In this document: positions 1 through 12,409 of the stretch, one piece after another
How positions within the stretch are numbered: the stretch's first letter is position 1
Layout of the letters: every line of letters begins with the position of its first letter
Source: Coniocarpon cinnabarinum
Taxonomy: Eukaryota
Assembly: GCA_051942205.1 (NCBI GenBank)
Contig: JAVECO010000049.1
Coordinates: 62,001 to 126,000 of the forward strand
DNA length: 64,000 bases
Direction of reading: 5' to 3'
Notes under the pieces: model-generated
Told to the model about the DNA's origin: nothing
Seen by the model: the letters and a program-made list of their open reading frames with translations, nothing else
Database searches by the model: none
Translations under genes and position numbers: made by a program

Positions 1-96
1 CGTCTCTGCGAAAGGTCCTGGGTTCGATTCCCAGATTGTCGTGCGTTTAATGCTTTTCAGACGATTGTATTGCCGTGTACTGACAGCGATCTAGCA
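1..96 (+). tRNA. 3' part of a tRNA gene, probably tRNA-Ala (5' half outside window), apparently interrupted by a GT-AG intron at 41-94
   Basis: Anticodon-stem 3' strand GCGAA (8-12), variable loop AGGTC (13-17), perfect T arm CTGGG-TTCGATT-CCCAG (18-34, B box), acceptor 3' strand ATTGTC (35-40) completed by CA (95-96) after removing 41-94. U70 and A73 fit Ala identity. Bases 1-6 cannot be an anticodon loop, so they are probably the tail of a canonical 37/38 intron. The anticodon is not visible. Confidence 0.8.
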
Positions 97-128
97 TGCG
101 GGTGCAGCGGTACAGCTGCATGCACGAC

Positions 129-138
129 TTTTTCTTTT
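129..138 (+). terminator. Putative Pol III terminator (T tract) of the tRNA gene
   Basis: TTTTTCTTTT is the first run of 5 or more T downstream of the tRNA body and is preceded by a small TGCAGC/GCTGCA hairpin (104-120). Confidence 0.55.
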
Positions 139-564
139 GAGCTATACAAAAACTCCACCAATGGTCATCTTACGACAGCTAGGTATCAAGCATCTTTACG
201 TCTTGACTTCATACCTGTATAGTGTTGTATAGAATGTACGGAATAGCGATTTTTTACTTGACAGGACGAGTAAGAAGAGCTCATGGATTTATTGGAGGGT
301 TTGATATCCGAGAAGAGCCTCACACCTGGCTACAGACAGTTGCAAGAGTTCCTGGTCAAGGCCTAGAGCTCAGTGCCTTCACATTTCTTCGACCAAGCCA
401 ATATTCAAGAAAAGCGATATTGATCGGAACTAACTCCGCGATTGAGCTAAGCGTCAACGTGGGGACTTGGTCGCGAGCAGACAGCGAAGAGAGACGCGAC
501 AATTCGGGTGCAATTTGTTCTAGGAGCTAGCTAGCCCTGAACATTTCTCCCCTCTCTTTTTGAT

Positions 565-2828
565 ATGCCAAACTTCAAGGATGAACATATTGTCGTACGC
601 TCATGCATTCCATTTTCGCCATTTTCGCCGCAGCTACTAATGTTTACAACAGATCATTGCGCCGGGCTCGCAAACAACACTTGCGCAGCTCGGCCTTCCC
701 GAGTCTTATACACCTGCACGACTGCGGTTGAAGTCGCGCATGTTCCCGGCTGAGAAGCCTGGACAATGGGAACCAAACAAAATCCGCTCTCGGCGACGCG
801 CGAACAATCCACAGCAGCAACCCAATGGCGCCAACACCAACGGCGATGAAGCTGCCGACGAAGCTACAAAATCTGTCGTAGCGGGAAATGACGAACCGGT
901 GCTCGAGGAAGATCCTGAATCAGACAAAGGAGCAGTTTGGCCCATTGAACAAGGTCGCGTCACCAATTGGCCTTGCTTTTTCGCGCTCATGGATCACTGT
1001 TTCCGATCACTAGGCGGTTCCTTCCACATGCCCATCATGCTCATTGCACAGCCTGCGTGGTCGGCAGCAGACCATACACGAATAACACGATTCTTTTTCG
1101 AGACATTCAAGTGTCCTGCGTTCGCCCTCATGGACTCGGCTCAAGCAGCATGCTACGCGTTTGGTGTTTCCACGGCCTGTGTGATTGATATTGGCAAAGA
1201 TAAAGCAGACGTCTCTGCAGTGACAGACTTCCTGGCTCATCAACAGGGCCGAGCGATCGCGGTCCCAGACTGTGGTGGCGAGGCCATGACCCAGCACCTG
1301 CTTCGCCAGTTGAAGTCGAGTGGATTTGATCGAGAAATGTGTGAGCAGCTCAAGGTCAGCAACATTTGTGAAATTCTGCCTCCTGGTGTGCCAATCCCTG
1401 GAAGTGCGAGGAACGGCCAGACACAGCAACAGACGAATGGAGCTACAAATCCCAATCCAGCCGCCGCTGCCTCCGCTGGATCGAACAATGTTGCGCCAAA
1501 GCCTGATGCAAAAACGAAAGCAGTTCCAGAGAACGGCAACGTGACCGAGCAGGCGATAGCGAATGAGGATGAGAATGAGGGTGTCCTCGATGTCGCGACT
1601 ATTGTGACTGGAGGCAACATGAACGAGATTCTGGAGAAAAAGGAGCAGGAGAGGGCCGAGAAGCAAACGACGCGCAAGAAGGGCGCAAACACAACTGCAG
1701 AACCGCCGAAGCCTGTGCGACTCAAAAATTCAGAAAGGGACGCAAACACGTTTGTCTTCTACGACAGAGCATCGAGAGAGGCTATCAAGGACGCGGAAGC
1801 AACGGGTAGCGGCTCCATGATAAATCCCGGAGCTAAGACTTCAGAGCAACAACAGAACATGGGTGTCAGCGATGACAGTAATGAAGCAGTAACATCGCCC
1901 ATTGAAGCAAACGCCACCTCGCCGCAGCAAACTTCACCAACAAATACCTCCTTTCCCTCGTCTGGTTCGTTACGACATCCTTTCGCACGAACAATAACTG
2001 TCGGGCCCGCTCGATTTCGGCCTCTGCCTCCTGAGTTTCTCTCACTGCTTACCAGTGCCATCCACCGTGTTATCGAAGCTGTGCCGTTGGCGTCGCAGCG
2101 TACTAGCTTGTGGGATTCATTACTGATCATGGGTGCGGGCTCACGTGTGCGAGGCTTCCACGACGCGCTTGTAGACGCGCTGAGTTCCCGCTACATCATT
2201 TCTCCCAGTTCCGCAACGATGTTTACTTCTGAGATACCCAGCAACTTTTCAACGCCAGGTGGGACGGGTGCCAACACACCGCAGCCACAGGCCGCAATGC
2301 CTCAGGGATACCACACAGCGATGGGCAACCGCAGTCTTCTACAGGCAGCGACCACAGCCTCAGCAGCACAATTCAACAGGCCCCCCAACGGAGTGCCGGG
2401 CCAATTTCCTCCTGGTCAGCATCCACTACCACCAGCCCCGCCGTACGCTCAGCAGCCTTCGACGCCTGGTCAAAACTCGCAATATCTCTCCACCCCAGGT
2501 CAAATCTCGACACCCATACCGCGACAACAATATGGGTCAGCAATGGGCGGCTCTCATTCGCAGACGCCAACCTCAATCAAGTCTGGAAAGCTGCCAGAGT
2601 ATTTTGCAGAATGGCGAGAGCCGGGTTCGGAGAGTGAAGCAGTCTTTTTGGGCGCACAGGTTGCGTCAAAAGTGTTCTTCCTAAACGATGTCCATGTGAG
2701 TGTACGGGGCACAGCTGAACAACTGACAGAGGCTAATGGATTTGCAGGGCGGTCATTCCAAGGGGTATATGAGTCGAAGTGATTACAATGAAACCGGCCC
2801 ACAAGGAATCATGGATTTCGGCATGTAA
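565..2828 (+). CDS. ARP9: Actin-related protein Arp9 (RSC / SWI-SNF subunit); exons 565-594, 653-2695, 2748-2828
   Basis: Spliced N-terminus MPNFKDEHIV|IIAPGSQTTLAQLGLPES; actin-fold motifs WPIEQGRVTNW, ACVIDIGKDKADV, LWDSLLIMGAGS, AVFLGAQVASKV; C-terminus YMSRSDYNETGPQGI. Both introns are GT-AG with CTAA-type branch points and keep frame. Confidence 0.88.
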
Positions 2829-3260
2829 GGTCTACGTGGCACAGCGTGGGACGAGCGAGCGAGCAAGCAAGGTCACGATGTACGTTTTTGGATGCAAAAT
2901 CCGCCTAATTATGGAAATGCATTCCTGCACGTCGTAAATGTCGAGTCTATGAAACAAGGCGTATTTGGAAACATGGCTCTTCGGATGGCGTCCGTGGCTT
3001 GCCGTCCTGCTTTCACTGGGGCACCATTCACCTACGTAAGATAAGTGAGTATGGTCCATTTTCTCACCCTGTCGAAACCACCCCCTTCCACGTGCCTCCT
3101 TCCTGCATCACTCTCGGGATAATCAGGCACGAGTCCGAAGCTTCTTCCCCAAATTCATCAATCAGATGCGCGCCTCGAAGCACGGGGAGAGCTTCACCAG
3201 AGAAATCTCAGACAATGAAAGGCTCGGTCAGCTGACCATCAGGAGAAGTATTGCCCCAAA

Positions 3261-6200
3261 ATGTCATCTTCTCTGTCGCCGTCTTTCACCGGGGCTGCCA
3301 ACGCGTCTGTGATCGTAGCAGACTCAGCCCCGGCTCCAAGTCACAGTCTGGTGCCGGTTGCAGCAGAGACCTCAGGCTTCTTGTGGCGGACCATGAAGGC
3401 TCTACCGACCACTTTGCTGTGGCTCGTCACTTTCATCACTGTCACCCTTCCCACCTGGTTGTTCACCTTCTTCTCTACGGGACTGACCATCACGATGAAT
3501 GCCACGACACTGTATGTTTGCTCGGGTACAGGCATGAGGGCCTTTCTGTCATTGAGGCTGACCTCTTCAGAGTGCTCGTCGTTCTGGCAATAGTATCTAC
3601 GATCAGCTGGTTTGTCCGCTATCGCTTTCTCAACATCTATTCTCGCTTGCCCCCTGAGCCCGCGCGAAAGGAACCACACGTTGACCTCTTCCCTGAGGTA
3701 CCTGAGCATGACTCCAAGCGTGGGCTATCGAATTATCTCGACGAGTTTCTGAGTGCTATCAAGGTGTTCGGTTACCTGGAACGGCCAGTCTTTCACGAGC
3801 TTACTCGCACAATGCAAACCAGAAAGCTTATTGCGGGTGAAACGATCTTGCTCGAGGAAGAGCAAGGATTTTGCCTCGTTGTAGATGGACTCGTCCAAAT
3901 CTTCGTCAAGTCCCGGCGAGACGAGAAAACGTCGCCGAGTGACGAGGAAGAGGAAGAGGAGCACTTGGGCCGAGGTAGGCAGGGCTATCAACTGCTAACT
4001 GAGGTCAAGAATGGTGCACCCTTATCTTCATTATTTTCAATTCTATCTCTGTTTACTGAAGACGTGAAGCTGCGTTATGATGACGATGATGCTCACGAAT
4101 CTCGTCCGTCCAGTGCACCTCACCGACATCATTCAAGACAAACAAGTAGTCTAACGCCGTTGGACACGGGCAATGCCACGCCTGTCTCAGAGCTCGTGCA
4201 TTCTGCAGAACCGGCCATCCCTGCACGAACAAGAAAGCATTCGCAACGAGGTCAAATACCTCCTCTTTCTCTAGATGATGAAGATGATCGTGATGTCGAA
4301 GGAAAGCACAGTGAATATGCACGAAGCGCGAAGCGAAGAAGGCTTGAATCTGCTCATCCAGACATTGTTGCTCGTGCCACCGTCGACACCACCATTGCCA
4401 TTATCCCTGCTACAGCGTTCAAGCGTCTCACTCGTACATATCCCAAAGCATCCTCGCACATTGTTCAAGTGATATTAACGCGACTGCAACGGGTGACTCT
4501 GACAACGGGTCATGCATATCTCGGCCTCACTGGCGAAGTCCTCAGCACAGAGAAGCTAATGAATCAGTACACGACCTATGACCTGCCTGCTTACCTACAT
4601 GGTTTACCTTTAGAACGGCTAAAGGAGAAATTTGCCAGAGAACAGCATGGTCACACAACGGAACAGCGATCGAAGGGGGTTGCCTTGCACAATCCCAAGA
4701 TTCGTCAAGCACGTAAGTCTAGTGCTACTCTGCACAGGGATACAGCAGCCGAAGCGCGACTTGCAGCCAGGCGATCGGGCGCCGCTAGCCCGCAAGTGGA
4801 TGGATCGTCTGCCCGATTCTTCTCTTCTGTAGGCGATTCGAGTCGAGTCAATGCCGGCGATCTGCTTGGAGGTAGTCCAGCATCGAGTGATCGAGGTCGA
4901 ACGTCACGACTGAGCATGACCACGCCTATCCAGACTATGAATAGTGGAGAGGAGTTCACGCCGAACAAGTCTCCGACCGTCTTCAAGATGTCCGGCAAGC
5001 ATCCCTTCCCCATGCAGCGACAAGACTCTCACGATGAAGACTCGGTCTTCCGTGATTCGATCGTTGATTGCATGCTCAAAGCAATTGGGTTGACAAGTGT
5101 GAGAGGACCGGCATTGCAGAGAACGGAGTCTGTGCCTCAGTCTCCGCACCTTGTGTCATACGACTCAAAGCGGCAGAAGGCATTCTTTAGCAACGCGTTC
5201 GGCTTTATGGATGCTTTGGACGTGGATGGCGAGTCTGAGTCAATGATATCGATGCCAGCATCCGCAACGAGTGCCACAAACTCTCCAATCAATATTCAAG
5301 ACGAGCTGAGCAATGACGTTGAGATTGTGTTCTTTCCAAAGAATAGCGTTCTCGTTGAACAAGGAGAGCGGAATCCCGGGTTGTACTACGTTATTGACGG
5401 CTTCTTGGATGTGAGCGTTCCCGAAGAAGTCATTCAAGCGTCGAACGGAGTTGGCTCTCTTAGCCCACTTGGCGAGGCTTTTCCCAATTCCTCGAGTAAG
5501 GTCTATGGGCATGCAAGACAGGGCAGTGACAAAGCGACAAAGAAGAACACAGCGCGACAGAGCCTCTATCTGACCAAACCAGGTGGACTCGCTGGTTATT
5601 TGGGCACAATCTCATCCCGGCGATCGTTTGTCGACATCACAGCAAAGACTGATGTCTATGTTGGCTTCTTGCCGCGAGCATCGATTGAACGCATTGTAGA
5701 AAAATATCCGATCGTTTTGCTCACAATGGCCAAACGCCTGACAAGTTTATTACCACGCCTGATACTACACATCGACTTTGCTCTTGAATGGGTACAAGTT
5801 GATGCTGGACAGGCAATTTTCAGAGAGGGCGATGACAGTGATGCCATCTACATTGTCCTCAATGGCCGTCTGCGGATGCTCAGGATGGTCAACGGCAAGC
5901 CGCAAGTCATGGGTGAATACGGCCAAGGTGACAGCGTAGGTGAGCTTGAGGTTCTCACCGAATCCCGAAGGCCTGGAACCTTGCATGCTATTCGTGATAC
6001 AGAGTTGGCAAAGCTGCCGAAGACGCTGTTCAACAGTCTAGCACTCGAAAACCCTGAAATCACCATCAAGATCTCTAAGCTTATTGCAACTCGGATGAGG
6101 GACTTGACCGAGGATGCCATGCACGACGCTGGACAGACTCGAGCTTCCGGCTCTGTTGGTGGCCTCGCTGCATCCACCATTAATCTGAGGACTGTGAGCA

Positions 6201-7807
6201 TACTGCCTGTGACATCGGGCGTTCCTGTGGTAGAGTTTGGCAGCCGCCTGCTGAGTGCGTTGTCTCAGATTGGCACTCCAAGTGGTGTTACGTCGCTCAA
6301 TCAGGCAGCGATATTGAACCATTTGGGACGACATGCATTTAATCGAATGGGCAAGCTCAAGCTTTCACAACACTTGGCTGACCTTGAGGAGAAGTACGGT
6401 CTGGTGCTCTATGTGGCGGATACTAATGTCAACTCTCCGTGGACACAGACGTGCATCAGCCAAGCAGACTGCATACTGTTGGTTGGTCTTGCCGAAGGGT
6501 CTCCTGAGATTGGCGAATACGAGCGTTTTCTCATGACCAGCAAAACCACAGCGCGCAAGGAGCTTGTACTACTTCATGCAGAGAGGTATTGCCAACCCGG
6601 GTTGACGCGCAAGTGGCTTCGAAACCGCCTCTGGATCAATGGCTCCCACCATCACGTTCACATGTCATTTCGAACCACTGCTGAGCCAGTGCATCCTCAG
6701 GCTAGGCGCTTTGGCTTTGCACTCAAGCAGCGAGTGCAGACACTCCAACAAGAGATTCAGAAATATACATCACGACGTCTGCGGCAAACACCTCTCTACT
6801 CATCTGAGCAAACGCCTTTCAAGGGAGACTTCCATCGTCTCGCCCGTCGTCTGACCGGGAAGTCAGTAGGTCTTGTCCTCGGTGGTGGCGGCTCAAGAGG
6901 CCTTTCGCAAATCGGCATCATTCGTGCAATGGAAGAAGCGGGCGTGCCCATTGACATCGTCGGCGGGACCTCCATTGGCGCCTTCGTCGGCGGTCTCTAC
7001 GCCTGGGATGCCGACATGGTGCCCCTCTACGGCCGCGCTAAGAAGTTCGCCGGCCGCATGGGCAGCATCTGGCGCTTCGCCCTCGATCTCACCTACCCCT
7101 CCGCCAGCTACACCACCGGCCACGAGTTCAACCGCGGCATCTTCAAGACGTTCGGCACCGCGCAAATCGAAGACTTCTGGCTTGAGTTCTACTGCAATAC
7201 CACTAACATCAGCAAGTCACGTCAGGAGTTCCACACTTCAGGCTATGTCTGGCGTTATGTCCGTGCGTCTATGTCGCTCGCCGGACTTGTCCCGCCGCTG
7301 TGCGACGAAGGGAGTTTGCTTGTCGATGGCGGATACCTTGATAATCTGACGGTCAACCACATGAAAAGCCTAGGTGCCTCTCTTGTCTTCGCAGTCGATG
7401 TCGGCTCCCTCGACGACCAAACACCCCACTCCTACGGTGACTCCCTCTCTGGCTTCTGGGCGGCGTTCAACCGGTGGAACCCCTTCTCCTCCTTCGCCAA
7501 CCCACCTACCCTCTCCGAGATCCAAGGCAAATTGGCCTACGTCTCCTCGATTGATGCGCTAGAACGCGCTAAGAACACACCAGGTGTAAGATACATGCGG
7601 CCGCCGGTTGTGGAATACGGGACCCTGGATTTTGGGAAGTTCGAGGAGATCGTGAAGGTCGGGTTTGAGTATGGGACTGAGTTTTTGAGGGGACTGCGAA
7701 AAGAAGTCGGAGAGGGGAGGGAGGGTGTCCTCGCTTTTGGACCGGGGGAGACGGGGGAGGAGCGGAAATTGAGGAGGACGATGGCGCCGAGGCGGGCGAG
7801 TGTGTAG
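3261..7807 (+). CDS. NTE1: Lysophospholipase NTE1 (patatin-like, cNMP-binding domains); intron 3512-3570
   Basis: N-terminal hydrophobic segments, cNMP-binding repeats ([20 protein letters not shown]), patatin motifs [13 protein letters not shown] and LVDGG. Confidence 0.95.
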
Positions 7808-8178
7808 GTTTGCGAGCTGGTGAGGAGGGGTGTACGGTTGGTGAGGAGGAGTGTGAAGGTGAGAGCGACGTTCTCAGTGTCCGAACCAGAGACGTTGGGA
7901 GAACACGAGGTTCTCGAGAGCAAGGCCAGAGGCGCGGTTTGTATATGTGATACCCCTATGAGTGCCATTGCACAAATACATTTAACATTTTCCTGAGTTC
8001 ATCTCCCTGCTCAGCACATCGTACATGTGATCTCCCCTGGTGTCAATGCTGCCTCATTGGAGGACGGAACAAAGGTGTGATACTCGTTGTGACACCGTCT
8101 CTGCTCTATCTCATTTCACTGATGGATACAGCATCCACCTATCGATCTTTAGATAAGAACGTCGATCGACGGGTTGCG

Positions 8179-8222
8179 AGATCAAGAACAAGATCAAGAA
8201 CAAGATCAAGAATAAGATTAGA
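8179..8222. repeat. 12-bp tandem repeat (AGATCAAGAACA, about 3.5 copies)
   Basis: Directly visible. Confidence 0.85.
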
Positions 8223-8480
8223 CACACGATGTTATAGCAGTGTTAGAGTCCGAAGACGCGTCCATATAGATTGGCTGGCTATTCATCTGGCACTTGCTTC
8301 TGGGTAAGCTACTAAAGTCTCTATCCTGTTTAGCTGGTTAGGTCGCCACCTGCGAGTAGACCGAGTAGACCGAGTAGGCACCTTGAAGCTACGACCATTT
8401 CATCGAGTAATCTGAATCATCCTCAGCTACGGGGCTCGAGCCGTGAAGCGGTCTCATCATGAGGCAACGTGAGTTAGCTG

Positions 8481-8683
8481 ACGTTGAGAGGAGTCAAGAA
8501 CTTTGAGAGGAGTCAAGGACGTTAAGAGGAGTCAAGAACGTTGAGAGGAGTCAAGAACGTCGACGAGAAGTCAAGAACGTCGACAAGGAGTAAAGAAAGT
8601 CGACGTGAGTCAAGAACGTCGACGCGGAGTCGAGAAAGTCGACGCGGAGTCGAGAAAGTCGACGCAGGCAAGAAAGTTGACGC
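8481..8683. repeat. Degenerate 19-20-bp minisatellite, about 10 units (GAGGAGTCAAGAACGTTGA drifting to CGCGGAGTCGAGAAAGTCGA)
   Basis: Contiguous units without spacers, with gradual sequence drift along the array. Confidence 0.85.
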
Positions 8684-9554
8684 AAGCGAGGATAGAGATC
8701 TAGCAAGAGCACGATAGCGAGTGGGCTTTAATGGTAATTATAATAGCGGCGCGGGGCTCAGCGTCTGGCTAAGCTGAGTCTTACTGGTCTCAACCCGGCG
8801 AGTCAAGACATTTAAGATTGTATGCGTCCAATTGAGTATGGCCGATCGTGTCGAGTAGAGCGCCGTGAAGTCGCCCACAGACGTCAACCCTGAGAAAGGT
8901 GTGCATGCATCAGATGTGCGGCGCTCGGTGCGTCGAGGGTAGAATGACAGCGAAAGCATGGCGAAGCGGGGGGATGGACAGGCGAAGACCTGAGGCAGGA
9001 CTTGTGTCAAAAATAGGGGCAAGAGCTAGGGAGGAGAAGTAGGGAAGAGAGCTGGGACGAGTGTTACCGGAACGGAACCGCTTCGGCAATTTTGCACCTA
9101 AATCTTGGACTCGGAAAGGAATAGCATTAAGGACAACAAGGGCTTGTATTTGGGAGCTTATGAGACTGAGTGAGATGGGTGGCGTAGGTGATTGACGCCC
9201 GTAGGGAGGTGGGTTAGGTTTGGGATGGTTTCAGTGAGGAGGTAACGATGATGGAGGACATTTGTCTCACGGGCAACAATGGCAATAAGAAGAAAAAGGA
9301 GGGGGCTGCGACGACAGTGGCCAGCCAAGGAGAAGACCAAGGAGACGACCAGGGAGAAGCCGAAGAAAACAAAAGTGCAAAATGTTATGCATTAATAAAT
9401 TAAGGAATGTCTTTATGTACCATGTACCATGTGTATGCATCATCAGATCATCAAGGAACGTGCCCATCTATTGGTAAATCAAACGCCGCCAAATGCAATA
9501 ACATCTCAATCTCCACCCTCGACTTTCGCTGTCGGATTCAGCTCCGATCAGAGC

Positions 9555-10050
9555 TCAAGCCGGAGGGGCCAGGAGTTGGGTGGTGTACGCCGCATAGCCC
9601 AGACCAGGCGCCGCATTGACACACTGGTTGTTCTCGACAGTGGTCGGGACGCCGGAGCAGTCGCCGGCTGTGTAAAGAGAGACGGACCAGTTCTGGTCGA
9701 CGCAGCCGTCGGGGTTGACGTTGGCCCAGGGGAAGGCACGGGCATCGGGCGTGATGAGAGTGCAAGCGGTGGACTGTCGATCGTTAGCCATATTATTCTT
9801 TCAGAGATCGATTGTGGAGTTTTGCGTTTTCTCCTAGGTTGGGTGAATGTGTACGTACAGGAGCGGGTGCAGGACCTGAGGCTACATCGACGAAGCCGGT
9901 GGCGTCGACGCAGGATGTTTGGAATGCTCGGATGAACCAGGGAAAGCAGCCCGCTTGACGTTCGGCGAGGGCGTTGGAGGAAGAGGATTGGGTTGGGGCG
10001 GCGGCGGCGAGGCCAGCAATGGCGGCGATGAGGGCAGCGGAGAATTGCAT
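9555..10050 (-). CDS. Small secreted cysteine-containing protein, 136 aa (candidate effector); intron 9774-9858
   Basis: Signal peptide MQFSAALIAAIAGLAAAAP, LAER pro-region end, 6 Cys; a GTACGT...GCTAAC...CAG intron joins two ORFs in phase 0. Confidence 0.8.
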
Positions 10051-12409
10051 TTTGATTGGGGTTTTGGTGATTGTGGTTTGAGAGATAGAATAAAAATGTC
10101 TTGAAGTATGAAGTTGATGGGATGATACTACTGCTTTGTTGCTGTGATGATGATGATGATGATAGGATGTTTGATAAATGGCGGACACCGCCGCCCTTCT
10201 TATATCATACTTGAACCTTGCACATGCCAGACAGTGACGTTGGAGGAGACATCGAAATGGCCGAGTACGAGAGCTGCACAGTCGTCTACAAGCATAGCCT
10301 GAGGGAAATAAGCCAAAGCTGGGCTCATACGAGGAGCATTGGCAACGCGGAGTCCAAGCAGTCCCAAGAAAGCAGCAACACCTACCAGACCTTACCTTTC
10401 ACAGCCGATCGGCGGTCAATGGCCATGGAAGATCGTGGGGAAAGCCGGTGTTTACTGCGCATGGCCTCTATTTTGAGACCCGCCACGACAAACTCCGCAG
10501 CACGCGTGCGGGCGGACGAGATGCTGCATGGATCATGGTGGGTAGGCCCACGTCTCGCGTGCGGTACAGCTGGGTAGCTGTGAGATGCAGAGGGGCGGTG
10601 TTGACACCGGGATGATTGCAGTAACACGGACGGGTTCGAGAAGCTCAGAAACCGGGCCTTTTCTGAAGCTTGTGGTTGGCTTGAAAAGCTAGGTTGTGAG
10701 GATGAAAGCGGCCGAGAGCTGGCGAGCACCAAAACGAGTGCCAAGTGACGCGGTGCGACGTATTTTTGGATATAGCCGGGGTGCTGAAATAGGCTTAGTC
10801 TAGCCGCAAGTGCCATTCTCCAGACTGTGGCGCAGGTACGATGCGAGGGCTGGCTGCATGTCAGATGCAATGTGTGGGAGTGCTTTCTCAGAAAGCCTGC
10901 ATGAACAAGCGGAGTACGCTACGTGCGAGCTCTCGCTCGCGGATCGGCGTGCAACGGTCTTGTCATGATCGTAGTACCGCAGCAGTGCACCGCCTGCAAT
11001 GGCACAATTTGCGAGCTGCAGCTCGGTAATGCCGAAGACCGGCCTGTTCGATTGTCGCTTGGTCAAGCCTCTACACGAGCTGATGCAGCTCGACTGATCG
11101 TCTCCACTGCAAACGTGTGTACGAACGTTGCTGATCCACTCTTTGCTGTGAGTGTAAACAGAGGGTTCATTGTCAAATGTATTCAATGCGTTTGTACGAA
11201 TCACAAGCTGTTTATCGTCTTCGTACGACGTAATTAGCATAACGTGAATCCCGAGTCGTTGGATGCGTTAGAGGCTCACGAATCATGCGAATTTACTATT
11301 CGGCAGGCAGCAAGCATGGTCTACCAATCCTTTGCGGAGAAATGGAGGGTAGGGGTATTGATTCGCCGGGTGGATATATCCATCATCGAGTCGACTGCCG
11401 ATGGGAGGAGTATGTTGTGAAGTCTGTGGTGACGCCCAACGCTCCATGACGGGACTCGAATGTGCGTTCACTTGGTTCATATGACACGAGTTCGCAAGTA
11501 TTGGATATCCCGAATGCCATTGCGTCCTGACAGCACCTCTCCAGCACACGATCCAGGGCACAACTGCGACCTGTGCCCGTGATGTGAAATAAATGATGAA
11601 CGCTTTTTCCCTCGCGGACATCATCTGTTGGAAAATTTGGTGCTTATGGGTCACGTGATATAACTACTGTATATAGAAGGTGATGAGGCACCCCCTGTCC
11701 CTAGGGGTCCTCAGACTTCTCGCCACCAACAAATAGTCAACCAATCAATGATCATCACCACATCTCTATGTAGACATCATCTGATGCCCAAAGCAGCAAG
11801 AAAGCTACAGCGTTACATCAAGGTAGGGCTGAGTGGAGCTTAGCCGCACGGCGGGACCTTGGAAAAGTTGGACATCAGCCCTACAGACTAGATACCCTGT
11901 CGCCGAGTTATCTTCATCCACAGAGAGGTTGGGGATGTATGATCAGAAGTGATAAGCTCAGTAGAAGCTCGCCAATTCATTGACATTTTTTCATTGCAAT
12001 GGAGACTGGTCATTCATAAGGGACAAATTAGTGAGGGTGCAAAGGTGATAACAGGGCAGGGTGACTTTACTCCTCATTTTTGTGCTACGGCAGGGTGAGG
12101 AAAGCACTTCGCACACTTCTCCTTGGAAAGGTGTTGAGGCAGGATGCACTTCAAAGCTCGAGTCGCGTCTTGTAATTGACACTATGACTCCTTCTCATCA
12201 GTAGTCATTAGGCCTCCCAGTGGTATACAAAATCGACTGGGCGGATGTTAAGAGCGGATCATTCGGAAAAAGCATAAGAAGAGCATCAAAGAGCACAATG
12301 GTCGGAGAATACTAGGTAGTCCGTTGATTCATGTCTAATCATCGATGTAGCTTTTTGAACTGTGGTCACACCATTTCCATGCATACTCAGATTCCATTCA
12401 CTCTCTCAA

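Noticed and set aside
222..530. 102-aa ORF upstream of ARP9
   Set aside because: Non-ATG start, no recognisable motif, lies in the ARP9 promoter.
3251..3570. ORF-track N-terminus of NTE1 starting at TTG 3251
   Set aside because: Artefact of reading through an intron; the spliced model from ATG 3261 gives the expected hydrophobic N-terminus.
8300..9400. Transposable element remnant
   Set aside because: No transposase or reverse transcriptase motifs, terminal repeats or target-site duplication visible.
10218..11654. Several 100-160-aa ORFs on both strands
   Set aside because: No recognisable domain, codon bias or consistent splice model; overlapping ORFs on both strands look like chance.
11680..11784. 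Possible box C/D snoRNA (GTGATGA ... CTGA)
   Set aside because: I could not recognise an rRNA-complementary guide or internal C'/D' boxes, and the motifs are short enough to arise by chance.
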